Shown in pieces: positions 35,106 to 44,716 of a stretch of DNA of 55,436 nucleotides (position 1 is its first letter; each line of letters opens with the position of its first letter). Location: IMG/VR virus record IMGVR_UViG_3300005529_000045, positions 1 to 55,436 of that record. One strand, 5' to 3'. The position numbers and the translations under genes were made by a program. The notes beneath the pieces were generated by a model. The model searched no databases. It had not been told where the DNA came from and saw only the letters and a list, made by a program, of their open reading frames with translations. This DNA comes from a virus (taxonomy: Duplodnaviria; Caudoviricetes).

Positions 35106-37381
35106 AGCTTTTGTCGCTCCTTTGGGCGCTGCTGCGGGACACGCACGGCGGTGGCGGCCCGTCGCCCTTCGTCAACGCGTTCTCCGGACCGAATGACGGG
35201 TCGCTGCGGTACAACACTTCGCAATTCGGCTCGCCGCTGTTCCTGGTCTACGGGACTCAGCGCGTCAGTGTGAACCTCCTCGAGGAGTTCAATTTCTCGG
35301 GATCGGGGTCGTCTGGGAAGGGCGGCAAGGGGCTGGGTTCATCGGGCGGCAAGAAGGGCGGCGCCAGCTACACGATCGATGTCGCATTCGGGGTTTGCCA
35401 GGGGCCGGCCACCTTCACCGGTGCCCCTGTCGGGTTTTCCGGCAACAACCGCGTCTGGGCCAATGGCGGGGTCGCCGGATCGGACCGGGTAGGTCTCAAC
35501 TTTTATGTCGGGACGGACGGCCAGACGGCAGACCCGGTGTTCGAGAGCTCGGACCCGAATACGCCCGTTATCGCCTATTCCGGCACCACCTATGTCACCG
35601 GCACGCCGATGCAGCTGGGATCGACCCCGGCGCTGCCGAACATCTCATTCGAGGTGTCGGGGATCGGCAGCGGGGCGTGGGTCACGGCGGGGTACAGCGG
35701 CTATGGCGGTGCGTCGCCGGCGCCGAGCGGCGGCGGGTGCGGGCCAGGGTTCCCGGGAGATGCCAATCCGGCCTTTATCATCACCGATCTTTTGACGAAC
35801 CCGCGCTATGGCGCGGGGTTTCCGATCGGCAATCTCGACGTGGCGGGATCGGTCGCCGATTACGGCAATTACTGCCAGGCGGCTCAGCTCGCGATGTCGC
35901 TGTTGCTCGACCGTCTCCAGCCCTGCGCGCGCTGGATCGAGGAGATTTGCGAACTCACCGTGTCGGCGCCGGTGTGGTCGGGTGCGCTGTTGAAGATCGT
36001 TCCGTACGGCGACCAGGCGCTCAGCCAGAACGGTGCGACGTGGTCGCCGAACCTGACCTGGGCCTATTCGCTGACCGACAGCGATTTTCTCGACTGGGGT
36101 GGCGATTCCGACCCGGTCATCTGCACCCGGAAAGACCCGGCGACGATGACCAATTGGCTCAGCCTCGAATACATGGACGCCAGCAACTCCTACAACCCTC
36201 AGATACTCCCGCAGTGGGACCAAGCCCTGATCGACCAGTTCGGCGTCCGCCTGGAGCCGCCTGTGCAGGGCCACGAATTCACCAACGCCACTTCGGCCAG
36301 CGTCTCGGCCCAACTGATGCTGCAGCGCAAGGCCTATATCCGCAACACGTACAAATTCAAGCTGGGCTTCCGCTTCTCCTTGTTGGAGCCGATGGACATC
36401 GTGCTCCTGACTGACGGCAATCTCGGCCTCGCGCAGCAGCCGGCCCGCGTTATCCAGATCGAGGAAGACGACAACAGCGAGTTGACGGTCACCGCCGAAG
36501 AAATCCCCGGCGTTATCGGGGCGGGCGGCCTGATCGCGCCGCAAGGCACCGGCACGGCAACCGTCTACACCCGGCTGACAAGCGCCGGGTCGATGGCGGC
36601 CGACATGCTCGCGGACCCCGGCACGGTCAACCCGCCGGTCATTTTCGAGCCGCCGTCGGCGCTGACCGGCGGCGCGCCGGAAGTCTGGGTCGTCGCGACC
36701 GGGGAGAGCACGACTTACGGCGGCTGCCTTGCCTATATCTCGCAGGACGGCAACACCTACGCGCCGATCGGCACGATCCTCGCGGGCGGCCGCCAGGGCG
36801 TCCTGACGGCCAACCTGCCGAGCCACGCGGACCCGGACACCGCCGACACCCTGTCGGTGGACCTGTCGATGTGCGCGGGATCGATGATTTCCGGCACACA
36901 AGCCGACGCCGACGGGTTGGTGACGCTCTGTTATGTGGACGGGGAATTGATCGCCTATGAGACGGCGACCCTTACCTCGGCCAGCCACTACAACCTGACC
37001 TATCTGCGGCGCGGGGCCTATGGGACGGCAATCCGGGCACACGCATCGGGGTCGCAATTCGCGCGGTGCTCGCCGACGGATCCCGCAGTCCTGCGGTACG
37101 CGTTCCCGGCCAGCTATATCGGCCGGACGCTCTATTTGAAGCTGCTGGCGTTCAACACGTTCGGGCTGGAACTCCAGACGCTGGACGAGGTCGAGCCGAC
37201 GATCTTTGCACTGACCGGAGCCGGCGCCGTCATTACGCCGAACAACCAGGTCATCACCAATATGCTCGACGGCGTGACGCCGGAAGACTGGGGCACCATC
37301 GGCACGCCCGTCATCGCGACCGCCGATTTCGGGGTCATCTCGCTCACGCCCGGTCTCGATATCGATCTCGGCACCGTCTGA
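35102..37381 (+). CDS. Tail tip/host-specificity protein (GTA g15/lambda J-like)
   Basis: VYGTQRV, LPNISFEV, LLTNPRYG, LEPMDIV, LRRGAYGT. Confidence 0.88.
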   Translation: MKLLSLLWALLRDTHGGGGPSPFVNAFSGPNDGSLRYNTSQFGSPLFLVYGTQRVSVNLLEEFNFSGSGSSGKGGKGLGSSGGKKGGASYTIDVAFGVCQGPATFTGAPVGFSGNNRVWANGGVAGSDRVGLNFYVGTDGQTADPVFESSDPNTPVIAYSGTTYVTGTPMQLGSTPALPNISFEVSGIGSGAWVTAGYSGYGGASPAPSGGGCGPGFPGDANPAFIITDLLTNPRYGAGFPIGNLDVAGSVADYGNYCQAAQLAMSLLLDRLQPCARWIEEICELTVSAPVWSGALLKIVPYGDQALSQNGATWSPNLTWAYSLTDSDFLDWGGDSDPVICTRKDPATMTNWLSLEYMDASNSYNPQILPQWDQALIDQFGVRLEPPVQGHEFTNATSASVSAQLMLQRKAYIRNTYKFKLGFRFSLLEPMDIVLLTDGNLGLAQQPARVIQIEEDDNSELTVTAEEIPGVIGAGGLIAPQGTGTATVYTRLTSAGSMAADMLADPGTVNPPVIFEPPSALTGGAPEVWVVATGESTTYGGCLAYISQDGNTYAPIGTILAGGRQGVLTANLPSHADPDTADTLSVDLSMCAGSMISGTQADADGLVTLCYVDGELIAYETATLTSASHYNLTYLRRGAYGTAIRAHASGSQFARCSPTDPAVLRYAFPASYIGRTLYLKLLAFNTFGLELQTLDEVEPTIFALTGAGAVITPNNQVITNMLDGVTPEDWGTIGTPVIATADFGVISLTPGLDIDLGTV

Positions 37382-37390
37382 GGAACAGCC

Positions 37391-37900
37391 GTGGCAGAAA
37401 CCCAGGTCCAGCATGCGCGCGGGACATCGGCCCAGTTCGGCTCCTACACGGGGCCGGCCGGCGAAATCAACGTCAACATCGACGACTATTCGCTGCGGGT
37501 GCAGGACGGCTCGACGATCGGCGGCTGGCCGCTGCGGACCGTCGCCTCGGCCGGCCGGAGCTACAACAACAGCGCCACATCGGGCAGCACGATCACGCCG
37601 ACGGCGCATTCCGGCGGGATCATTTTCGACTTGGGCGGCCCACTGGCGGCACTGACGATCAATTCTCCGGGCAGTCCGAACGACGGGGATGATTTCGAGG
37701 TCGTGACGACGCAGCCGATCGCGGCGGTGACATTCGCCGGCGCCGGCGGGGCAACGGTCAAGGGCGGCACGTTCGGCCTGGGGCCGAACTCGTGCATCCG
37801 GTTCTTCTACCGCGCGGCCAATACGACCTGGTACCGGGGCTTGGCGAGCGGGCTTCTGGGCTTCGACCAGGCCCAGATCATGCAGAATTTGGGAGTTTGA
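37391..37900 (+). CDS. Tail fibre adaptor with an Mtd-N-like domain
   Basis: VQHARGT...YTGPAGEI...VQDGSTIGGWPL. Confidence 0.75.
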   Translation: MAETQVQHARGTSAQFGSYTGPAGEINVNIDDYSLRVQDGSTIGGWPLRTVASAGRSYNNSATSGSTITPTAHSGGIIFDLGGPLAALTINSPGSPNDGDDFEVVTTQPIAAVTFAGAGGATVKGGTFGLGPNSCIRFFYRAANTTWYRGLASGLLGFDQAQIMQNLGV

Positions 37901-37904
37901 CCCG

Positions 37905-38390
37905 ATGTTGAAACGGCTTCTCGGAGCGGCCGGCCTCGCGTGGCTGCTGGGCACGGCAGCGGCGCTCGCAGCGCCGACGCCGAATTCCGCGATCATGCCG
38001 CAGACGCCGAAAGAGGCGCTGGGAACCGTCACCAACGCCTCGGGCACGACCCCGCAGACGCTCTATGCGGCCGGGACGAACGGCAGCAAGGTGGTCGGTA
38101 TCAGCTGCTCCAATACCGACACGTCGAGCTATACGCTGCAGCTCTTCCTGCGCACCGCCGCGACGAACTACGTCCTGACCTCGGCGACAATCGCCGTTTC
38201 GGCCGGCAATGTCGCCGCGACGGCGCCCCTCGCGCTGTTGAGCAGCTCGACGATCCCGGGGATTGCGACCGATGCAGCGGGGCAGCCCTATCTCTATCTC
38301 AATTCCGGCGACAGCCTGATGATCGGGACGACGGTGACCGTCACATCGGGCAAGCAGATCGCCTGCGAAGCGACGATCGGCGACTTCTGA
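37905..38390 (+). CDS. Signal-peptide-bearing tail-module protein 1
   Basis: MLKRLLGAAGLAWLLGTAAALA-AP; beta-rich, 2 Cys. Confidence 0.8.
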   Translation: MLKRLLGAAGLAWLLGTAAALAAPTPNSAIMPQTPKEALGTVTNASGTTPQTLYAAGTNGSKVVGISCSNTDTSSYTLQLFLRTAATNYVLTSATIAVSAGNVAATAPLALLSSSTIPGIATDAAGQPYLYLNSGDSLMIGTTVTVTSGKQIACEATIGDF

Positions 38391-39679
38391 TGCGCCGTTT
38401 CGGGTTGAACGCCGTCGCATTCGCGGCGGCGATGCTGGCGGCCGCCCCGGTCCTGGCACAGATGCCGGGGGCGACGGAGCCGCGACCGCGGCTTGTCCCT
38501 GGAGGGGTGCTGACCTCGCCGGTGTTGAGCGGCACCGTCAAGTTCTCCGGCATCACCGGCTCGACGCAATGCCTCCAGGCGAATTCGAGCGGCGTCGTCT
38601 CGGGTTCCGGGGGGTCCTGCGGCGGAACGCCGGCGGGGTCGACCGGCGCGATCCAGTACAACACCGGCAGCGCCTTTGGGGGCGCCGTCGTCTCCGGCCT
38701 GGTTAAGGGCAACGGGACGAGCGCGCCGAGCGCGGCGACATCGGGCACCGATTACGCTCCCGCCACGAGCGGCAGCGCGATCCTGAAGGGCAACGGATCG
38801 GGAGGATTTTCGAGCGCCGCATCGGGGACGGACTACGCCCCGGCCACAAGTGGCAGCGCGATCTTAAAAGGCAACGGCTCCGGCGGGTTTTCCAGCGCCG
38901 CCAGCGGAACCGACTACGCACCCGCGACGAGCGGGTCGTCGATCCTGAAGGGAAATGGCTCAGGCGGTTTTTCCAACGCCGCATCGGGCACCGACTATGC
39001 CCCCGCAACAAGCGGAAGCGCGATCCTCAAGGGCAATGGGTCCGGCGGGTTTTCCAACGCCGCGAGCGGCACCGACTATGCACCCGCCACGAGCGGTTCT
39101 GCCATCCTGAAAGGCAATGGCTCAGGCGGGTTTTCGAGTGCCGCGAGCGGTACTGATTATGCGCCGGCGACCTCCGGCTCTGCGATCCTGAAAGGCAACG
39201 GTAGCGGCGGCTTCTCCAGCGCCGTGAGCGGCACCGACTACGCCGCAGCGCCCCTGATGGCAGTGTTGTCGAGCGACGCACCGGGCTTCACCAGTAACAC
39301 GACACTCGGGACAGTCGGTTTGTCGGCCTCGCTCGTCGCCGGCAAGACCTATGTGTGCGACGCGACCCTCCTGGTGTCATCGAGCTCCGGCGGAGCTCAG
39401 GCCGAGCTCGCGACGAGCGACACGCTGACCACGACCGCGATCGGCTATGTCGTCAACCTCTTCGTCAACACGGCGTCGTCGTCCAAGTTTTCGACGGTCC
39501 AGTCAGCGCTCGCGAGCGCCGTCGGCGTCACGGCGCAGGTCAATTCGATCGAGATACACGCCGGCATCGTCGTCAACGCGGCCGGCACCCTCCAGGTTGA
39601 GGCCGCCCAAAATTCATCGAATGCGGCGACCACGACAATCAAGGCGGGGTCGCAACTGAAGTGCCAGCCGACAAGCTGA
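38390..39679 (+). CDS. Signal-peptide-bearing fibre protein with 27-aa repeats
   Basis: MRRFGLNAVAFAAAMLAAAPVLA-Q; SGTDYAPATSGSAILKGNGSGGFSSAA repeats; 4 Cys. Confidence 0.85.
   Translation: MRRFGLNAVAFAAAMLAAAPVLAQMPGATEPRPRLVPGGVLTSPVLSGTVKFSGITGSTQCLQANSSGVVSGSGGSCGGTPAGSTGAIQYNTGSAFGGAVVSGLVKGNGTSAPSAATSGTDYAPATSGSAILKGNGSGGFSSAASGTDYAPATSGSAILKGNGSGGFSSAASGTDYAPATSGSSILKGNGSGGFSNAASGTDYAPATSGSAILKGNGSGGFSNAASGTDYAPATSGSAILKGNGSGGFSSAASGTDYAPATSGSAILKGNGSGGFSSAVSGTDYAAAPLMAVLSSDAPGFTSNTTLGTVGLSASLVAGKTYVCDATLLVSSSSGGAQAELATSDTLTTTAIGYVVNLFVNTASSSKFSTVQSALASAVGVTAQVNSIEIHAGIVVNAAGTLQVEAAQNSSNAATTTIKAGSQLKCQPTS
38741..39244 (+). repeat. 81-bp coding tandem repeat (6 full units + partial)
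   Basis: SGTDY starts at 38741, 38822, 38903, 38984, 39065, 39146, 39227. Confidence 0.9.
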
Positions 39680-39696
39680 GCGGAGACACCTGATCG

Positions 39697-42600
39697 ATGC
39701 GATGGCTGTTTAAGGCGGCGCTCGGCGCCGCAGCGGTTGCGGCTGCCTGGGTCCCGGCTGCCTATGCGGGGTCAGGCAATTGCGGGCAGGCGTTTGTCGC
39801 GCCCTCGCAATCGTCGGTGTCCCCTGCTGCGGGCAACGACGGCACGACTTATTCGCCGGCGAGCGTCTCCGGCTCATCCCTGACCGTCAACCTGCCGACC
39901 ATCGGCACCGTGGCGGTCGGCTGGACTGTCTGCGCGACGAGCGATGCAAACAAGGCTTCGGTGCTGAGCGCGCCGCTGCTCGCGGCCCCAGGTGCGCCGA
40001 CGCTCGGCACGGCAAACGGCGGCACGCTCACCTCGCGCACCGAATATTACAAGGTCACCTATGTAAACCTCGCCGGCGAGACGCTCGCATCGAGCGAGGC
40101 GTCGGTGGCGGTCGGGGCCAACCAGGTGGCGACACTTGCCTCGCCCGGCAGTCTCGGCAATGCGACCGGCTACAACGTCTATGCCGCATCGAGTTCGGGC
40201 GCGGAGACGAAGCAGAATGCGTCCCCGATCGCGCTCAACAATAACTGGACGGAGCCGACGAGCGGGCTTGTTTCTGGCGCTTCCCCGCCCGGCACCGGGA
40301 CGGCACCATCCGCTTACATCCTCGGCGGGGGGCAATCCCTTGCCACCCTGACAGTCGGCCAGGGCGGCAATTACCAGTTCGCGCAGCTCCTGGCCGATGG
40401 CACAAATTACCGCGTGACCAGTGCCTATTTGCAGACCCTGGCGACAAATGGCGCGAGCCCTGTCTTCCCGGCGCGATGGGTCTACCCCGGCGGCCCCGGC
40501 TACCAGGCGACCCAGAACGACAACGGCAACGTCATCTCTTCGGCGCTGACTTCGGGCGGACTCACGGTCACGTTGCCGTCGGCATCCTCGATCGCTGCGG
40601 GGTGGTCCGTCGGCTTGGCCGCCGACGCCAATATGCCGCTAACAGTGCAGACCGGCGGCGCGGCCACGATCCGGCTGCAGGGCGGCAGCACGGTGTCGAG
40701 CTGGAAAATCTCGAATTCCAGCTACTTCCTGACGCAACTGCAATTCGACGGCGCGACCTTCCGCGTGCAGGGGCAGCAGGGCTTATCCTCCGCGGTACGG
40801 ACGATTACCGGGACGGCGTCGGACACGCTGCTGTCGACCGACGCCACGGTCCACTGGGCCGATCCAACCCGCACGACGAACGCGACGGAGACGCTGCCGG
40901 CCTGTCCCTCGGGAATCGACCAGAACCAGCGCACGATCAGCGACGATGTGGGCATCGCCGGCACCTACCTGATCGCGCTTACCGCACCTTCCGGCACGAC
41001 GATCAATAAGCAGCCCGTCTTCTACTTGAATTGGAACGGTGGCTCGGTCACGATCCAGTGCGACGGGGTCTCCAACTACACAGTCTCGAACACAAACCTC
41101 GGCACCGCGAACGTTACCTCGGTCGCACAGCCGAGCGTCGGCCCCAATAGCACCGACGCCGTGACGATGATCGGCCTCGGTAACGGCAACACGCCGACGC
41201 GCGCGAGTCTGTCGGACCTGCAATCACCTCTGTCCCGTACGGCGTGGGGCCTCTATACCGCGACGATCTCCAAGGCCTTTGTCCCGAGCTATTACCCCCA
41301 GCCGATCGACGCCGCAAACGCCGACGTGCTCAATGTCTGCACGTTTGCGAGCCTCACCTTGTCGGGTGCGGTCAGCGGCACGAGCGCCACCTTTACGACC
41401 GCGAGCCAGTACCCGACCGGGGTTTACAACGCGACGCTCGGCGGCGGCACGAGCTACGGCACAATCCAGCTTACCCGCGGCAGCACGGCCGGGACGTTCG
41501 CGGCGAGCGAATCGATCCCCGCCGGGACCGCAATCCGCCTGACGCCGGTCGGTCCGGCTACGGTGCAGATCAACGGCGCGACGAGCGCGTCCACCTCGGC
41601 GGCCTTGGCATCGCCGAACACGATGCCGAGTGGCACCTACGATGTGTCGGGCGAGGGAATAACCGCCGGCACGACGATGACCGTGACCAATGGCAGCGCC
41701 ACGGTGACGTTCTCCTCGGCTCAGACGCTCGCCAACAGCGCCGACCTTCGTTATGCCGACCTCGCCTGCATTTTCGATGTAAGCGGGATCGGCTACGTCG
41801 AACCCTACCGAATTCAGGCATCGCAGAACAACGTGACGCTCGATTTCGGCGACACGTCGAGCCTCATCGGGAATTACACAACCTATGCCGGCGAAATGCT
41901 GGCGATCGACACCGGCGAGACCGCCTCGATCGTGCGCCTCGGCGCGGGGCTCTATGGCGTTACCGCCGTCTCCTCGCCGACCGCGGAAATCGGTTCGCGC
42001 CCGGCGGTTGCGGTCACGACGACCCCATTCTCCGCCCCCGCCGGCGGGGCGAATATGACCTACAGCAACAACACCGGCGGCAACAATACGATCTATTTGC
42101 AAGGCCAGGACCTCAACAAGCCTTATTTCTACTGGTCGTTTTCCGCCTATACGACGCTCGACCCGGGCGCCAACGGCACGATCTATGGTCTCGCGCAAGG
42201 GCAGACCAAGACCCTCGCCAAGTACCAGATGGCGGAAGTCATCCAGATATCGCCGGGCGGCGTCTATTACGTGATGCCGTTCGAGCCGGCGCCGCTCGAC
42301 CCCGTATGGGGAACCACGTCTCCGGCGGTCGAGACGACGACCAGCACCTCATACGTCATGGCGGGTTTAGCGCAGTCCTTTACACCGGGGAAAACCGGTC
42401 GCATCGCGCTCAAGCTGCAAACGGCACTGAAGACCGATACGAGCGGCGATGGGTGTTCAATCCAATGGGTTTATGGGACCGGCGCCGCGCCGAGCAACGG
42501 CGGGTCGGTGACGGGCACCGTGATCGGTCAGCCTGTCACGTACGATGCGATGGCGACTGCTTTGAAGGGATATCCGGTTGCTGTTGAGGCGCTGATTACC

Positions 42601-42711
42601 TCCGGTCTGACGCTCGGCACGACCTATTGGGCGGATGTGCAAATCAAGACCGTGACGGGAGGCACCTGCTCGATCAACACCAATTCCGTCATGATCCGGG
42701 AGAGCAATTGA
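39697..42711 (+). CDS. Signal-peptide-bearing large multidomain fibre/adhesin-like protein
   Basis: MRWLFKAALGAAAVAAAWVPAAYA-G; FN3/Ig-like YYKVTYV...GYNVY segment and repeated TxTLP domains; 8 Cys. Confidence 0.85.
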   Translation: MRWLFKAALGAAAVAAAWVPAAYAGSGNCGQAFVAPSQSSVSPAAGNDGTTYSPASVSGSSLTVNLPTIGTVAVGWTVCATSDANKASVLSAPLLAAPGAPTLGTANGGTLTSRTEYYKVTYVNLAGETLASSEASVAVGANQVATLASPGSLGNATGYNVYAASSSGAETKQNASPIALNNNWTEPTSGLVSGASPPGTGTAPSAYILGGGQSLATLTVGQGGNYQFAQLLADGTNYRVTSAYLQTLATNGASPVFPARWVYPGGPGYQATQNDNGNVISSALTSGGLTVTLPSASSIAAGWSVGLAADANMPLTVQTGGAATIRLQGGSTVSSWKISNSSYFLTQLQFDGATFRVQGQQGLSSAVRTITGTASDTLLSTDATVHWADPTRTTNATETLPACPSGIDQNQRTISDDVGIAGTYLIALTAPSGTTINKQPVFYLNWNGGSVTIQCDGVSNYTVSNTNLGTANVTSVAQPSVGPNSTDAVTMIGLGNGNTPTRASLSDLQSPLSRTAWGLYTATISKAFVPSYYPQPIDAANADVLNVCTFASLTLSGAVSGTSATFTTASQYPTGVYNATLGGGTSYGTIQLTRGSTAGTFAASESIPAGTAIRLTPVGPATVQINGATSASTSAALASPNTMPSGTYDVSGEGITAGTTMTVTNGSATVTFSSAQTLANSADLRYADLACIFDVSGIGYVEPYRIQASQNNVTLDFGDTSSLIGNYTTYAGEMLAIDTGETASIVRLGAGLYGVTAVSSPTAEIGSRPAVAVTTTPFSAPAGGANMTYSNNTGGNNTIYLQGQDLNKPYFYWSFSAYTTLDPGANGTIYGLAQGQTKTLAKYQMAEVIQISPGGVYYVMPFEPAPLDPVWGTTSPAVETTTSTSYVMAGLAQSFTPGKTGRIALKLQTALKTDTSGDGCSIQWVYGTGAAPSNGGSVTGTVIGQPVTYDAMATALKGYPVAVEALITSGLTLGTTYWADVQIKTVTGGTCSINTNSVMIRESN

Positions 42712-43829
42712 TGCGGCGCGCAATTCTCGGGTTGCTGCTGGACGCCTTGTGTCTTACGGGCGTCCATGCGGCGGAGCCGCTCTATGGCATCCCGCGGCGG
42801 GTGTACGACGCCCGGGTCATGCTGCTGGGGTATTCGATCCCGGAATACATGGTCGCGGCACCGGCACTGACCGCCCTTAAAAATGGCATCATCTCGGGGT
42901 CGGTCTCCCCCGTGGTGCGATCCGCCGAGGTCATCAACAATGCGGTCAGCGGCTCCTTCGCTTGCGGCGAAAACGGCGCGATCCTGTCGGGCCAGTCAAA
43001 CTACTGGGCGCTTTACAATGGCGGTTCCCCGACGGCCGGTCCCTATCTGACCAGCGCCTTGAGCGAGATTGCCGCTCGGCTCGCCACCAGCGTGACCCAC
43101 CCGACGCCCGACCCTCCAACGGCATTCCTGGCGGGCCTTGGCGGGGAGGACGCGCGCTACTATCACCAGATCGGGTCGCAGGTCGCGACGCAATACACTG
43201 TGTGCATGGAATATATCATCGCGCAGGTGGAGGCGGCGCTCGGCGGATCGGGGCCGGTGCCGTTCTATTTCGACGTGATCCAGCGCTACGGGGCCAACAT
43301 TAGCACCGATGGCAGCTTCGGCGGCCTCGATGCGATCCGGGCGCAGCAGCTGACCAACGTCATGGCCTATGCCAACGTATACCCGCTGCCGGAAGTCTAC
43401 GATTACGGGATGATTTCGACCTCCGGACACCCGGACCTGAATTTTCAGGCGTCCTGGGGCTCCCGGTGGGCGGCCGCCATTGCCAAGCACCAATATGGCG
43501 GTACGAACAGCTTTCTCGGGCCGACGATCTCAACCTGCACGTCGTCGGGATCGACGATCAGCGTCGCGATCGCGCCGGAAAGCGGCGACACTCTGGCGAC
43601 GCCGAGCTCTGCTTTAGGGCCATGGGGCTTCGCGTTTTACGACGGGACAACCCCGCTCAACGCGACCTGGATCGGCTGGAACGGCAACACCGCACAGTGG
43701 AATGCCGGCGAGTCGAACGTCGCGGCGCTGCATTGCAAATACATCAGCGACTGGGGACCGGGCTTTGATCCGACCCGCGTCGTTTCGGGGGTGACATCGA
43801 CGATGCCGCTCCGCCAGAAGCAATTCTGA
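42711..43829 (+). CDS. Signal-peptide-bearing SGNH-like esterase
   Basis: MRRAILGLLLDALCLTGVHA-A; LLGYS, NNAVSGS, GLGGED, SGHP resemble SGNH blocks I/II/III/V. Confidence 0.6.
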   Translation: MRRAILGLLLDALCLTGVHAAEPLYGIPRRVYDARVMLLGYSIPEYMVAAPALTALKNGIISGSVSPVVRSAEVINNAVSGSFACGENGAILSGQSNYWALYNGGSPTAGPYLTSALSEIAARLATSVTHPTPDPPTAFLAGLGGEDARYYHQIGSQVATQYTVCMEYIIAQVEAALGGSGPVPFYFDVIQRYGANISTDGSFGGLDAIRAQQLTNVMAYANVYPLPEVYDYGMISTSGHPDLNFQASWGSRWAAAIAKHQYGGTNSFLGPTISTCTSSGSTISVAIAPESGDTLATPSSALGPWGFAFYDGTTPLNATWIGWNGNTAQWNAGESNVAALHCKYISDWGPGFDPTRVVSGVTSTMPLRQKQF

Positions 43830-44377
43830 TGAGCGGCAATCCCTCGGAAATCGCCGCGCTCGTCGCAGATCTCCGCAGCCAGCTGGCTGCCGCAAAGGCG
43901 GCGCAGAGCGAGGTGGAGGCCGAGCGGGACCGCTTGCGCCACGCGAATACGGATTTATCGCGGCAGCTGGACGATGCCCGCAGGGTGCCGCCCCCGGCAC
44001 AGACCAATGCGGCTCTCGATACCGCGCGAGCCGAGGTCGATCGGCTGCGCGCCCAGGTTGCCGATTTGTCGGACCGGATCGGCCGTCAGCCCTCTCCCGA
44101 TGCGGCGCTCCAGGCCCGCATCGTCGAATTGGAAGCGCTCTGTCTCGCCGATCCGCCGGCGGGGAGCGGCATTGTCAAGGTTCAGCGCTACATGACCAGC
44201 GACGGGCGCAAGCACAAATTGCTGCCGGATGCGCAGCACCACGCGGCGAAACTCGGGATCATGGCCGATCTTGGTCTCGATGAGCGCACCGCCGAGGGAC
44301 TGATTGCGCGCAAGGATCGGCTGGCCGCACATCTTGCGATGCTGGCAGATCCTACTGCGGCGGCGGCTGGGGGATAG
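43829..44377 (+). CDS. Coiled-coil hypothetical protein
   Basis: Heptad-rich, coupled. Confidence 0.7.
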   Translation: MSGNPSEIAALVADLRSQLAAAKAAQSEVEAERDRLRHANTDLSRQLDDARRVPPPAQTNAALDTARAEVDRLRAQVADLSDRIGRQPSPDAALQARIVELEALCLADPPAGSGIVKVQRYMTSDGRKHKLLPDAQHHAAKLGIMADLGLDERTAEGLIARKDRLAAHLAMLADPTAAAAGG

Positions 44378-44380
44378 CGC

Positions 44381-44716
44381 ATGCCGGACGAAGACGGCGG
44401 CCTCCTGAAGACTGCCCGCTACGTGCCCGAGGTGCATCTCGGGCACCTACTGCAGATAGCGGCGACGGTAGCGGCAGCCGTGGGTACGGCCGGCGGTATC
44501 TATTTCGGGATCATCGCCCACCTCGCCGACAACGATCGCCGCATCGCGGTGCATGACCAGCGGCTTGTGGCGGTCGAGGCCTATGTCACCCGCGTCGACG
44601 ACGCGGAAAAAACCTTGGCGAATTCGACGGCCGCGAAACTCGACTCGATCCAATCCTCGCTGGCCGATCTGCGGGTGCTCGTCGCGGGGCTGGGCCATGA
44701 CGCGCCGCGCCGTTGA
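44381..44716 (+). CDS. Single-TM coiled-coil protein (lysis accessory/holin-like)
   Basis: One TM plus coiled coil, upstream of the endolysin. Confidence 0.6.
   Translation: MPDEDGGLLKTARYVPEVHLGHLLQIAATVAAAVGTAGGIYFGIIAHLADNDRRIAVHDQRLVAVEAYVTRVDDAEKTLANSTAAKLDSIQSSLADLRVLVAGLGHDAPRR

Noticed and set aside
32507-37381. Gene transfer agent
   Set aside because: The GTA-like tail-tip genes belong to a full temperate phage with integrase, repressor and lysis genes
37391-37900. Diversity-generating retroelement suggested by the Mtd-N-like domain
   Set aside because: No reverse transcriptase and no TR/VR pair seen
35645-38047. Long antisense ORFs (also 19435-21000, 17104-18360, 44790-46136)
   Set aside because: Arg/Gly-rich shadow frames opposite clear genes, as expected at high GC
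38741-39244. CRISPR-like array
   Set aside because: In-frame coding repeats with synonymous variation and no unique spacers
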